Notes under the pieces: generated by a model
Databases searched by the model: none
Told to the model about the DNA's origin: nothing
The model's input: the letters and a program-made list of their open reading frames with translations, nothing else
Position numbers and translations under genes: made by a program
In this document: in pieces, positions 1 through 53,717 of the stretch
How positions within the stretch are numbered: the first letter of the stretch is position 1
Layout: each line of letters opens with the position of its first letter
Origin: Tubiluchus corallicola
Lineage: Eukaryota; Animalia; Priapulida
Assembly: GCA_030141605.1 (NCBI GenBank)
Contig: JAQGDQ010000140.1
Location: 310,001-374,000 of the forward strand
Reading direction: 5' to 3'
DNA length: 64,000 nucleotides

Positions 1-448
1 ATTTTTTTGTTTTTTGATGATCTCGTTGTCATAAACTTTTGCAATAAAAAACTGTTACTGATGATAATGTAATAGCCTTAAATAACCCAACAAAGTAACA
101 GAATAGTTATCTTAACAAACTATAACTGAACTCCCTAAAGTCTAAACTAAGTAACCCATCTGGAGTTAAAGACGATTATAAATTTCTTTTACAGTTTTAA
201 GAAAGGCATTTCATGTGTGTACATTGTGTGGTAATTCCAATATTTTTTGTGTATTAAAGTATAGCTGTAATGACCTTCATTTGGATGTAGAAGCTTCCCA
301 TTTTTATGCAAAAGCTTCCCATTTGTATACATGCTTATTGTTCAAATTACTAAATATCCAAAGACGAACATCAACTTGTAACTCGAAAAAGTCAGTCATG
401 TCCACACAATGTCATTAAGCTGACTAAATTTTCGCCTGTTACGGACAG

Positions 449-1214
449 GAAAACTTCCAGAGATTGTTTGAGATCCAGGAAAGGTTGCTGGGTGGTAAGA
501 AAGAGATAGTGAAGCCAGGGAGGATGCTCATCAAACAGGGAGAACTAATGAAGTTGTCACGCAAGGAGCCTGCGCCACGGATGCTGTTTCTGGTAAAATG
601 ATAATATAATAGTCCCTCATTTTATTTTCCTTAAAGAAATTGCTGAGAAGTGCTGAAAAAAACAAAAACAGAAATCAAGGTGACAATAGTTAAAAAAAAT
701 ACTAAAGTTTGAAAAAATATTATTAGATTTTTTATCATTAGGTTTATTTATTTATCATTTTAGCATAACACTATAAAATATAAATTATTATAATTACAAA
801 TTGACAGTGCATTGCAGTGCTATGAGCATAATTAAGTTTTAAGCTAAGCTCAATATGGATGACCATTAATTATGACATAAACAAATAATAAACAACTTAA
901 TTGGAGCAAAAATTGTTTTTTATTTGTTTTTTAAGTGAAAAGAACAATTAAACATTAATAAAACAGAAAAGTGTCAATACTCGGAGAGGCTAATTGATTT
1001 CAGACTTCAGCTTATATAAATTGCTTGTCAGCAAAATATTAAACATTTACTCAGTGGCATAGCTAAAAATATGACATATTTTTCTAGATAGTCATGATTC
1101 AATAGTTGAAAATTCTTTCAATTTTTCTAGCTGAATGATATTTTACTGTACACTGTGCCACATCCCAATGGACAATATAGACTCAGTGCTGCCTTAAGCT
1201 TGACCGGCATGAGG
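449..1214 (+). CDS. Two internal exons (449-592, 1131-1214) of an FGD5/FGD6-like FYVE, RhoGEF and PH domain protein (DH-PH junction and first half of PH domain); 5' part lies upstream of the window
   Basis: Canonical ag/gt boundaries, both exons phase 0. Translation ENFQRLFEIQERLLGGKKEIVKPGRMLIKQGELMKLSRKEPAPRMLFL | LNDILLYTVPHPNGQYRLSAALSLTGMR matches the FGD-family pattern PGR.F.KEG.LMKLSRK..QPRMFFLFND.LLYT.P...G.Y.L...LSL.GM from recall. No clear continuation found. Confidence 0.85.
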
Positions 1215-1850
1215 GTTTGTTGACCATTATTCATTTTCATTAATTACTTCTTATTAATGTGTATTGTGAATTTTTTTATTAATTAATAAAGTTGTTTAAC
1301 GGTTGAAATTAGGTTGAAATTACAAGCAGATGTACGAAAAGTTGTTCACACGTTTTTATGTGCAAATGCGACACAAATATGAACTTCTTTCTTGTGTTTG
1401 ACATTCAGGTTCAGATCGAATTTTCCTTATTGACGAAGCCTTACGTTCATTTTGGAGTTACTGTTCACTTGTAGTCTTTCGGTTTGATATATGACTAACT
1501 CACATCACACAGTAGTTCAATGTTCATAGACTCACAGTACATTAATATGTCTGTACTACAAACAGTCTGTGCGTTTTCAATGGGAATAAGATTACAATAG
1601 GAATACCACATTTTTGTTAGTAGGCCTTACATTAGTGTCTGTAACGATGCATTGTGAAACCTAGCCATACTCAGCTAAATTTGGTTCCTGGTTTCTGTAG
1701 GGATTGCTAAGCGATTTGTTTGGCCGTTTAAATGAGAAACGTTAAATTTGGTTGAGTCTAAAATTGCACTAAGCACAGAAATATCACAGATTTGCTAAAC
1801 CAAACAAATGTTACAAAATCACGTAAATGGTTTTGTGACTTGAACTTCCA

Positions 1851-4269
1851 TTATGGCAAACTAGTGGCATTTGTAGCCACATCATAAGATGGCGGTGGAG
1901 GAAGCGATTTACCACTGAACGTAAATCCTTGATCTGTTGTCTCTTTGACATCTGAACCAGGCGCTGATGCTCCGGCACTTAAACCTTGATGTGGTCCACC
2001 GGGCGGATACCCAGGATTCATCTGCATACCATAATTGCCGTATCTTGTGTTGTAGGTATTGTATCCACCAAGGCCAAAGCTTGGCCCTCCGCTGAAGGTA
2101 TTGTGACTGACTACAGTTGTACCGTGGTTGTATCCGTTTCGGTAGACCGAGGAGACTGGCCCATTATGGGCGTAACCCCTGTTTGTAATTACTGTGACTC
2201 GCCTGTTGGATTTTCTGTAGAACAGGAGGATTAATCCAATGATTAAAAGGATAGCTCCAACACTATACAGAAGAACTTCTCCCAAGTAGTAGTACACAAT
2301 AGCACTGAAATAAACAAGTGAAAGCAAAAGTAAAAACCAGCTGTGCGATAGCGTTAACAAATGACTAATTAATAACAAGTAGCACAATGAAGAAAAAACA
2401 CGATGATTCAGTACAGCACTCTGGACTATCTTCAAATCAAAAAGAAGTGGCACAAGCACAACATTTTTTGGATTTTGTAATAAACACGTTCACTGCAAAC
2501 CACAGAAAATATCACACAGGAGAGAACACAATCGGGGAAAAACACAAAGCTTGCTAGAGTTTTTATCCGCGCTGAACTCTTTTGCTGGTGTTTTCTTGTG
2601 ATTGTGTTCCTTAACGCGTGTGGGTATTTTCTGCAGTGTTCAGTGTGCTTTTCCAAAAAATATTATTTAATGATTGCTTGTGCTTTTTTTGTTTGATACA
2701 AAATTATGCAGAAACAAGCCAGAGTAATTGTGTCGATTCTTATCATTAAGAGTTATCCCTATGTTATTAAAACCGGATCGTGTTCAGTTGTTGTGCAATT
2801 TAGTTTTGGGCAAGTTTAGTATTCATACTGGGCCCAGATTGTAGACCTAAAGTGTTTGTGTGTAGGAAGTAGAGGAAATGCAAAACACGCCCTCGCATTA
2901 ACTTGTAATAATAAAATTATCCGCGTAATAAAGTAACTCGTAAAAATGAGCTAAATAGTGAAGTTTATTCATTTTATTGCCTCATTAGAATATGAATACT
3001 TGTAGTAAAAAGTTGAGTTCTTTCTCAAATTACATTTAACACATTGACAACTTTTAGTAACAGTTCTTTTTTCACTTCACATTATTACTAGCTAGAAGAA
3101 AGAAAGGCAATTCGTCAATTTATCACTGCCTTCTATTCCTTAAAACGTAGTAACAGTTCTGTTTTCACTTCACATTATTACTAGCTAGAAGAAAGAAAGG
3201 CAATTCGTCAATTTATCACTGCCTTCTATTCCTTAAAACGTAGTAACAGTTCTTTTTTCACTTCACATTATTACTAGCTAGAAGAAAGAAAGGCAATTCG
3301 TCAATTTATCACTGCCTTCTATTCCTTAAAACGATCCGTATTCTCCTGCCTACTACTACTACGCTCATTTCCATTTTTTGTAATTGCCAATCGATGGCAG
3401 CACAAGCTTATACTTGTATATTATGGCTCCAGCTTCAATTGGCTGTTAATAAGATCGACTGGGTATTATAAATTAACGTTAAACACAGTATAACACGAGC
3501 TATTTATAATTATTTTTAAGTACATGTACTGATGTGAAGATGTTGTTTTAACTCTACTAATGTTAAAACATTAAGCTGTTTTTAATAGTACGAAAATCAC
3601 AGAGTCATAACATTCAAACACTCGTAACGTCTCTTTATTTTTTAAGGAAAATGCATCTTCAAAACGCCGTCACGGACTTAAAATAAAAAAAAACAACTTA
3701 TAGTCACCTATAGTATACTGTGGTCAATAATAGTTACGTAGTGTTACTATATTACACTCAAGTAATATTTTGTTACATGATTTAACACCCAACTGCATTA
3801 CTTAACAGTTATTTATCAGTATAATGTTATTTCTGCTGCACCGTTTCTCTTGGATTCACCATGTAGCAACTTAAGTACTATACATTTTTAATTTTTCCTC
3901 ATTTTTGTGCAGATTTACTGTTCTAAGCTTTCGGAACTTTGACCCTCGAGTCAACATCGAGGTTGGATTAGGCGCAAAAGGTGGTGCAAAGATGACAAGT
4001 GTCTACTACTCAGATACATTAAAATATTTTTAAATATTAAAATATAAAAACAATCTTAGTTTTTAGTAGGTAACCAACCTGAAATTTAAAACAACCATAG
4101 CACTGGTAAATAGAGCAGACATGATGATGCCTCCAACAAATGACAAAGAGCCAAGTACCAAGAGTACAATAGCAATCATCCGTTTCTTATGCTCTTTTGT
4201 CTTCAGTGCAGCTTCATTACTCTGCGGAAGAGGTGCTGTTTCCACGGGAACCATGACAGCAAAATTTTG
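1851..4269 (-). CDS. Small two-transmembrane protein with Gly/Tyr/Pro-rich cytoplasmic tail and PPxY motif (exons 4269-4079 and 2262-1851; start codon possibly ATG 4254)
   Basis: Acceptor tgtttcag|4269, donor AG|gttggt at 4079 (phase 2) joins acceptor ctgtatag|T at 2262 in frame: KKRMIAIVLLVLGSLSFVGGIIMSALFTSAMVVLNFSVGAILLIIGLILLFYRKSNRR...LPPPPSYDVAT. The N-terminal part of the listed ORF 1851..2459 is probably intron read-through. Confidence 0.65.
3055..3333. repeat. Tandem repeat, 93-bp unit x3
   Basis: Unit tagtaacagttct(t/g)ttttcacttcacattattactagctagaagaaagaaaggcaattcgtcaatttatcactgccttctattccttaaaacg starts at 3055, 3148 and 3241; near-identical copies. Confidence 0.95.
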
Positions 4270-4497
4270 CTGAAACAGACAGTATTAATAGTAACCGTTA
4301 GTAAACGGTAACCCGATTGGTCAGTGTGTTCATCAAGGGCTGTAATGCTTCACTCAGTTTCTGAGATTGAATACAATGCAAAAATTTAATCTCAGAACCT
4401 TGAAGCTATGTAACTGTAAACTACGTTAATTGTAAACCTACAGCTAAGTAAATTTTAATACCGAATTTGAACCGTAGGAAATGTGAAAAGTTGTAAT

Positions 4498-4566
4498 ATA
4501 GCCTGGATTTGAACCAGGGACTTTCTGCCTACAGAGCAGGCGCCTTGAACAAACAAACCACCATAT
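4498..4566 (-). mobile_element. Degenerate tRNA-derived SINE head
   Basis: Minus strand ...aaggcgcctgctctgtaggcagaaagtccctGGTTCAAATCCaggc: Pol III B box with a T-arm-like stem and an anticodon-arm-like stem; no complete cloverleaf. Confidence 0.5.
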
Positions 4567-5335
4567 TCCTCAGTGATCAACGCTCTCCATGGTTCACCTC
4601 TTATAACTGACCGACCAAATTCAGTGTTTCGAATCTTCATATACTATAAAGTCAGTTTAGCTAATTGGATTAAGACATGTATTAGTTAATTTAATAATTC
4701 TTGGCAGTTTCAAATCCTATTAATGACTATTAACCTGACTTCACTTAGGCGTTCCTTAAACGATCTTAACATACTCGTGTTATTAACGACAACGCATCAT
4801 CAACGGAGCAAAAAGAGCGAAGACTGATTCTGCACATCAACAGGAAAACAGCTAACTTAAGGTATTCACTGTTGAATAGCCTTACAACACAGGACACATT
4901 CTCACAGTTTGCACATTTTCAAAGCTTAAGACACGGCCAAAATTCCGTTACGTGTAGAGGGTTTCATTTGATCCATGGTTAAAAATTATCCGTCCTCATT
5001 GATACCTGCATAAAAGTGAAGACAGAAATCTGCACGTTTTGACTCCGAAAGTAGCAACATGTTTGGAGATTTTTATGATGAAAAGTTTTCAGTATCTGTA
5101 AAGTTCGATCACAAGCATTTGTTATTACTGAAGCATTTGCTGAAATTGTTCAATTGTGGTGCTTTTACTGGCCTTGATTTCGAAAATTTGCCGCAGTTAA
5201 TGTAATAAAAGAATAAAAGCAAGGACAGTCACTCATGCTTAGAAAAACTTTCTTGAACTAACAAGATTTAAAGATGTCTCGAAAAACACATTTTCCTGTG
5301 GCAATATTATAGCATCGAGCTAGCAACTAAAGTAC

Positions 5336-6014
5336 CTGCACAAACCATCATGAATACATATCCATGGCAATATACTTGACATTTTCCACCTGATGTTGTC
5401 CCATTTGGTGAAATAATTTATTTCGTGCAAGTTCTGGATTATGTACTACAATGTGTCATGCGACCTGCCTTTCAAATGACTAGATAACCAAGCAAGGAGA
5501 ACATAATGAGAAAGATCAGGACGCCAGAAATTGAAAACCTGGGTAAAGTAATACTATCTACTTTATATTTGATGAAAATCGGTAATTCTTGATTGTGAAA
5601 TAACCCAAATAGAACTGAGAAAGGTCACAAAAATTACCCTATAAACTGCTAATTGAGATTACCCTCACATGGTTGGGGGAAGTACACCCAGCAACCTACC
5701 ACGGATTGACAAGATAGATTTCACATGTATACATACCTGGTTAGACTATAAAAACACTTCTCTATTTTACGATTAGTAAGCTTGTAAAATTCTCTATGCC
5801 ACAAACGCAACCTACATTTTTGCACTGTTACTACATAAATGGACCGTACCATAGACGTAATTGCTTTTATCATAACAAACCAGCAGTCACAACTTGAATG
5901 TGGACATTGATGTTTAGTAGTCATGGTAGAAGTAAAATCAATTGCTTTGCTCTTGGTAACTACAGACGACTGTTGCATTGGTGGCTGTATGACAGTTGGT
6001 GCTACCGCTTACAT
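5336..6014 (-). pseudogene. Spliced pseudogene of a small two-TM membrane protein with Cys-rich loop (exons 6014-5881, 5538-5336)
   Basis: M*AVAPTVIQPPMQQSSVVTKSKAIDFTSTMTTKHQCPHSSCDCW joined in frame (TG|gtttgt ... cccag|G) to FSISGVLIFLIMFSLLGYLVI*KAGRMTHCST*SRTCTK*IISPNGTTSGGKCQVYCHGYVFMMVCA|gtact; four in-frame stops, no frameshift, intact splice sites. Confidence 0.45.
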
Positions 6015-6665
6015 GTTTCCCTAATTAAATATCTATACAATAATAGGAAGAATAATTGTTGCAAACACTCTAGCCATGGCTTGATTTATGCCAGGGTAGC
6101 CCGAACCACGTTGAGTTCGGGAGCCCTCAACATAGAAACTGAATTGCATTAATTTATTAATTAAATTAAATGACGTAAAAAGTAAACTAAAGTTAATAAT
6201 AAAAAAATAGAAGTTAGATTAGATTTCGAAGAAGACATATTTTGATTTTACTATTCTCGGTTTCATTAACGTTAAGAATAATTTTAACTACATTTTTAGT
6301 TTCTAATAATTATAAGTCAGAGTGTAATCAAACAATCAAATTATAGATGATCAGGTAAGATATGATTGAAGTGTTTTGATTCAAATTTCTTGACGTAAAT
6401 ACAAATAGGCCTAATAATGATTCACATGGAATTCACAAATACCAGCATAAATTATTTTCCACTAATATTTTACAGCTATGATAATGCATCTCAAAGTAAA
6501 CAATGATTACAAACAATCCGTAAACAGTACTTACAAACAGTAAACAGTACAAAAACTAAACTGTGTTCTTATTATCACTGCTGAAAATGTTGAAGCAGGT
6601 CTTTTAGTTTCATTATTAAAACTCAGCTATTATAACTGAGCTATTATAACTCAGATCATGTAGGG

Positions 6666-6670
<5 letters not shown>

Positions 6671-6716
<46 letters not shown>
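6671..6716. repeat. (AT)n microsatellite
   Basis: Perfect atat run of about 46 bp. Confidence 0.95.
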
Positions 6717-6718
<2 letters not shown>

Positions 6719-6929
6719 GTAGAAGAAAGTCTGCATTGGCTCTCACTTCCGGAAGGTCAAGCAATGTACTGTAAATGTACAAAAAACATGATTTAGGGTA
6801 AAATCAAAACTGTTTAAATGAAAAACTGAACTGTATTGCGAAGGAATGTTACGTTTATTATGCATTTTCCATTACATTTATAGACCTCATATTTGTCCAT
6901 GATTTCAAGTGTTTTTTGCGTTCTTTTTT

Positions 6930-7300
6930 TAACCAATGTTCTTGCAATGCAAACTGTAAGAACAGTAACCGAAGCGTTGGTCGCTCAAACAGTTTTTTTG
7001 CCGATAGATGGAGATATTGCTTTCTGTTTTCTAAATATATAGGTACTCAACTGTTTTCTGGAGTACCCATACATGCTCTGCGTAAATTGTTTTCTACTGT
7101 TTTAATGCTATCATCAGGGCACTGTACTATACAACATGCTGCAACCGAAAACATCATTCTCTGGGAATCTCTGTCGTCTCCCAAAATCACAAGGATTATC
7201 CTTGATATTGAGCCGGATTCCGCCATAACCATTCACTTAAATTACTCATTCCCTTAGTGTACAAAATTTAAATTCTGCTGATGTTCATCAATAATAATTG
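6930..7300 (-). mobile_element. Possible decayed PIF/Harbinger (DDE_Tnp_4-like) transposase fragment
   Basis: Minus-strand translation VILGD...P.D...E.N..RA...T followed, after a frame shift, by (Q)KTVE resembles the Harbinger pattern LGD.GY....P......E..YN..H...R..VE; heavily degenerate, from recall only. Confidence 0.3.
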
Positions 7301-7989
7301 ATTTTCTGATAATTCATTATGGATGATCTTAATTCCAGGATTGTTAAGTGAAGGAATGCAAGTTTAATATCTTAGAATATAAAACTACGAGTCATCATAT
7401 TGTGATAGGAAACTGACCTATGGGCGACTTGTAATGCCTTACCAGTCTTTTCAGCACTTTCAGCTTCCTGGTTTCGATTTTTAATTTCCTTCTTTCGTTC
7501 ACATTGATTTTGTCATAAAAAAACTTAATGAATTAATTAATATGAGTTTATTCCACTATAGGTTAGCAGCTACATTGTAATAAATCGTTGGCAATTTCGT
7601 GTATGAAAAATGTATGAAAATTACTTGACATTTCGAAATTAAGAGAATAGCTTTTGTTGCTGCATTGAAAAAGAAAAATAATATTGTAATACATGTTTGA
7701 ATAGAAAGTAATAAAGTAAATGTAAAATTCTTCGAATTTGTTTAGTGTTCCGTAAGTCTCTTTCTTCATAATTTTTAAGGCCAAGCAGAAATTTAATAAA
7801 TTTTTCCGTGTCATAAATTTTTTTGACATTGATGAATATAAAAATACATTGTTGTGTTTTGTAAAAAAAAAGTTAGCATGTTGTTCAACACCTAACAAGA
7901 GCACTGGAAGCCAAAAATGAAAGTTTAAACAAACGTTTGGAGTGAATAATCAGAATACGCCTTATAGTGGAGTACGGGAGGAGAGATTT

Positions 7990-8333
7990 ATTTTCGGCGC
8001 CGAATGGCTACGTTTTTCATCTTTAGATGGCGCCACGCACAACAGTTCCCGACATTGTATTTTTCTGCGCGTGCGCATTGAGCGTTAGATGTGTAGAAAA
8101 CCGAGCTTCAAGCTACAGTATGAATAGTGTGCGTCTTTCTACTGTTGTGATAAAGGGATGAATATTTTCTTTGCGAATTTTGCGTAGAGTGTTCCAAAAC
8201 TGAAATACACAGTGACTCAGTGTAATAAACTGAGAATGTGACGACGTAAAATTAGCTTTGTTGGCGTTAATATGGACTTGTGACCGTGAAAAACTTAGGA
8301 ACATTCTTCTTGGCTTAAGTGAAAGGCTCCAAA

Positions 8334-8340
<7 letters not shown>
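7990..8340 (+). promoter_or_regulatory. Putative LRIG promoter and 5' UTR
   Basis: Local CpG enrichment just upstream of exon 1, with palindrome ttcggcgccgaa, agatggcgcc, NRF1-like tgcgcgtgcgca (8066-8077) and YY1-like aaaatggcgg over the ATG. Confidence 0.5.
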
Positions 8341-41175
<32,835 letters not shown>

Positions 41176-42913
41176 CATTGTTCACATCATGGACCATTGT
41201 TATTGTTGTTATACTTTGTTTACCCCAAAACCTAGTCGATATTTTTGTATATAGCTCAATGTCGTTAGTTTTCAGTGTCGCAATTTGTCTTGTTTCCATG
41301 ATGTGTGAACAGACCCTTACCAAGAAAGTGCAGGTGTGTCTGTGATGTGTGAATGATCTTTATCAAGTTAACGTAGCCGGTGTTAGTGTTAAAACATGTT
41401 GTAAATATACGAATGTAGATGTTTTATAGCGTAAATCATGGATTTCTGAATCAAACCCATTATATAAATTATATTTACATTAGAAAGATTTTGAGATGAG
41501 GCATTTTATAGTAATGAGATGATTTATCACTGCCAAAGATGTTCAAGTACCAAATTGCATCTCTAATGATTAATCACTGTAAATCATTAATCTATTGATT
41601 GTTTTTGCTCTAAGTTAAGTAAATAATTAGCAGTAGTATCTCGCAGCTTTATGCACAGTACTTGCGCTTTGATTCAAGTTTTTGTGCGCCCGTTACCCAA
41701 TCATGTTGTTATTGAGTTGTACTTTAATATTCGCCTGTATTTTTAGGTTTAAATTATTGATGCTCAAATATAATCATGCTTGTATGATCAGTTAATGCAT
41801 ATACAGCTGACATGTTGAGAAGATATTATTGTCCAATTTAATAATTGTTTTCAGAAACCAGTCGATGTACAAATACACGTGAATAGAGCGATGATGTCTT
41901 ACACTGTATGTAGACTAAGGCACTGATTGTGGTGCTTTTGCTGTTAGTGATTTGGCTGTTTTAACATTCCTTCATATAGTCTCATTATGTAAGATTTACA
42001 GATTGTTTCGCGAGCGAGAACAAACTTGTATAAAAATTTTGTACATAATGTAAATAGTAATTAGAAGTAGAGATATTATTTTGTAAATATTGATGCCATT
42101 CACGTCTTAGAAGATTTGGCTGCCGTCATTGTGGCCTGTGACATGTCATTTCGCTGGTTTTTGAAGAATTAAAAGTATTTTAAACGTCCAAAAAGAATTT
42201 TCTGCTTTGTTTTTTTTTAGTTTTAATTTATATAGGTAGGCCCATTTTATTTAAAACGATGTAAAAGCGAATCATTTTACCTGCTTTTGCGAATCACTTT
42301 TGCAGCGCTTTCTGATTAGGCAAATTATGGCTGTTCATTATCACTATAGGCAAAAACCATATTTATTAACGCCTTCAAGTTCATAACTGTTTGTGGTGCA
42401 TTAGTATTTTAAAGTTATAATCACCCGTTTTCAGCACTGTTCATTGTTTGTTCCTTCCTTCCATTTCCTAGTTAAACACTGTTGTTTTCTATTTACTGGA
42501 ATTATGGAAAATTGAGCATTATGGTTTGCACTTAGTTAAAACGTCTTATTTCCTGTAGTTCCCATTATTACAGTGCACAGTGGTGTCCCTTGCAGTAGAT
42601 AAAGCTAAAGGTTTGTTTGAAACTTGGAAAAGAGTTGTTGCTAACAAAAGTTATTTAATTATATTTCCTTATTTTATTCAGTACAATGAAGGAGAGTTTC
42701 TGATTATTGTTATGGCCTACATTTAAGTTATAAATGCAGTGCTTTGTTTTCACTTGGTTAGGTCATTATGTACAGTCCAGCAGTCCTGAACACCTTCCCC
42801 TATACTTAATATTGTTGTATAAAAGATGTATGTAAAGAAATACTTTATTTACAAGTTTGTATAGAATTACTGTATAGTGTGTACTTTTAAGTGGTAATTT
42901 TGTATAGCATCAT

Positions 42914-42919
42914 AATAAA
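42914..42919 (+). other. Candidate LRIG polyadenylation signal
   Basis: AATAAA at the end of a ~1.7-kb T/G-rich tract after the stop codon, preceded by several TGTA elements; base composition flips shortly downstream. Confidence 0.45.
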
Positions 42920-44448
42920 TCAATAAGTGTACTGAAAAATTTGTTTTGATTATAGACTACCGGGTGCCTGCACTAATATCTAAACATTGCTTGGAATGTA
43001 CATTCAGTATACCCATTAAGCGGCTTTCAGTCTGTAAAGCTATAAGAAACGTAAAGAAAGAATTTACATGGTACAGTATATTTTATTCACTCTGCTACAG
43101 TTCGGTGAGGCACATGCGCTATTGTAGAAATGAATACAGCAGTTTTTATATACAGCAAAACACGAAGAACACAACAAAGCTGAATTTTCAGTAGTCAGAT
43201 ATATGCGAGGTCTTACCTCAAAACCACAAGTTTTATGATTACAATTTTGACAAACGTACTACGAAAATGAAATTTCATAAACGTAAAACTGAACTAAGTG
43301 AATTAAAAGGTGTTCATATAAACAATACTTATTAATTTACACACCCTGAGATGTTATATTCTGAACAGGAAGTAGGTGGTTCAAGCATATAGGATTGCTT
43401 TTAAGGTGAATAGGAAATAAGGTGCATTTGGAAAGCTAATGTTGCCATTTTGGTGAAAACAGTGTCTGCAGTGTTTTACGTCAACCTCCTTAAAAACAAA
43501 CAACGTCTACATAAGTAGCAATTTGGGTCGAGTTTCTCAATTAAAAATACAGGTTAGCACTTTGAACCAAAATGTTCATGACTTCAAGAACCGTAATGTC
43601 ACAAGCTTGCGTTGCGCCTGTAGGTCACTTGGTATTTTTTCGTTTTACATTAACAATAATGCTTATCTCTGGAAACTTGTCCAATAAGTACACGAGCATT
43701 TGTTTTCCCAATGCACCTATGCAACAAATCGTAGTCATGGCAACACAACACCATGAACCTTGTTACAAATGAATCAACTATGACTTGGTCATTCCCTGAC
43801 AAACTACAAGGGTATGCTATATGCGATCACAGTTAACTTGCTCCTGTAGCCTATTCACACTGAAAGGCTGTGTAGTGCATTTACCCAGCACGACTGCTTG
43901 GTCCTGTTAAACAGTTATATTAAAACGAAGTCAGAAACAACAGACAGAAACAAATATTTTGTTTAGTAGGAAAAGTAATATGAAAAGCATTAAAATTATT
44001 TTTTCAAAAGACTGTTAAGTTCTGTAATGGAGCGAATGTTTACTGAAACATCAGTACAGTTCAATTTGCTTTTTTTAATATCACGAGCTTCAAAATCTCC
44101 ATTATAAAAAAATAACAAGTTTCCATGGGCAACCAGAGTAATGAACCCATTATAATTACAAATTTTTTTACCAACATTTATCAAATGTTGGTGTCAGTCT
44201 CAACTTAAGTGTGATAAAAGGCATCACATGTGGCACTTAGGTATTTTCCAGAAACACTTGGCAAAACAACATTTTGGACATAACATTCGTTAACTGGAAA
44301 ACAAATAACAAGTTATCTTTATTTTTTTGAACTAATACAGGCATTATTTTAACGGGCTTAAACCGGCTTAAGTAATCCATCTGAGTAAACCAGCCAGTAC
44401 AAGTAAACAGACTCAGTGTGAAAAGGCTACACATCACACGACACACTA

Positions 44449-53717
<9,269 letters not shown>

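Noticed and set aside
3055-3333. Possible CRISPR-like array or SECIS elements
   Set aside because: Units are contiguous with no unique spacers in a eukaryotic context; the hairpin is too short for a SECIS and is intronic.
5881-5978. LITAF domain suggested by QPPMQQ...QCPH
   Set aside because: No CxxC pair or downstream HxCPxC motif is present.
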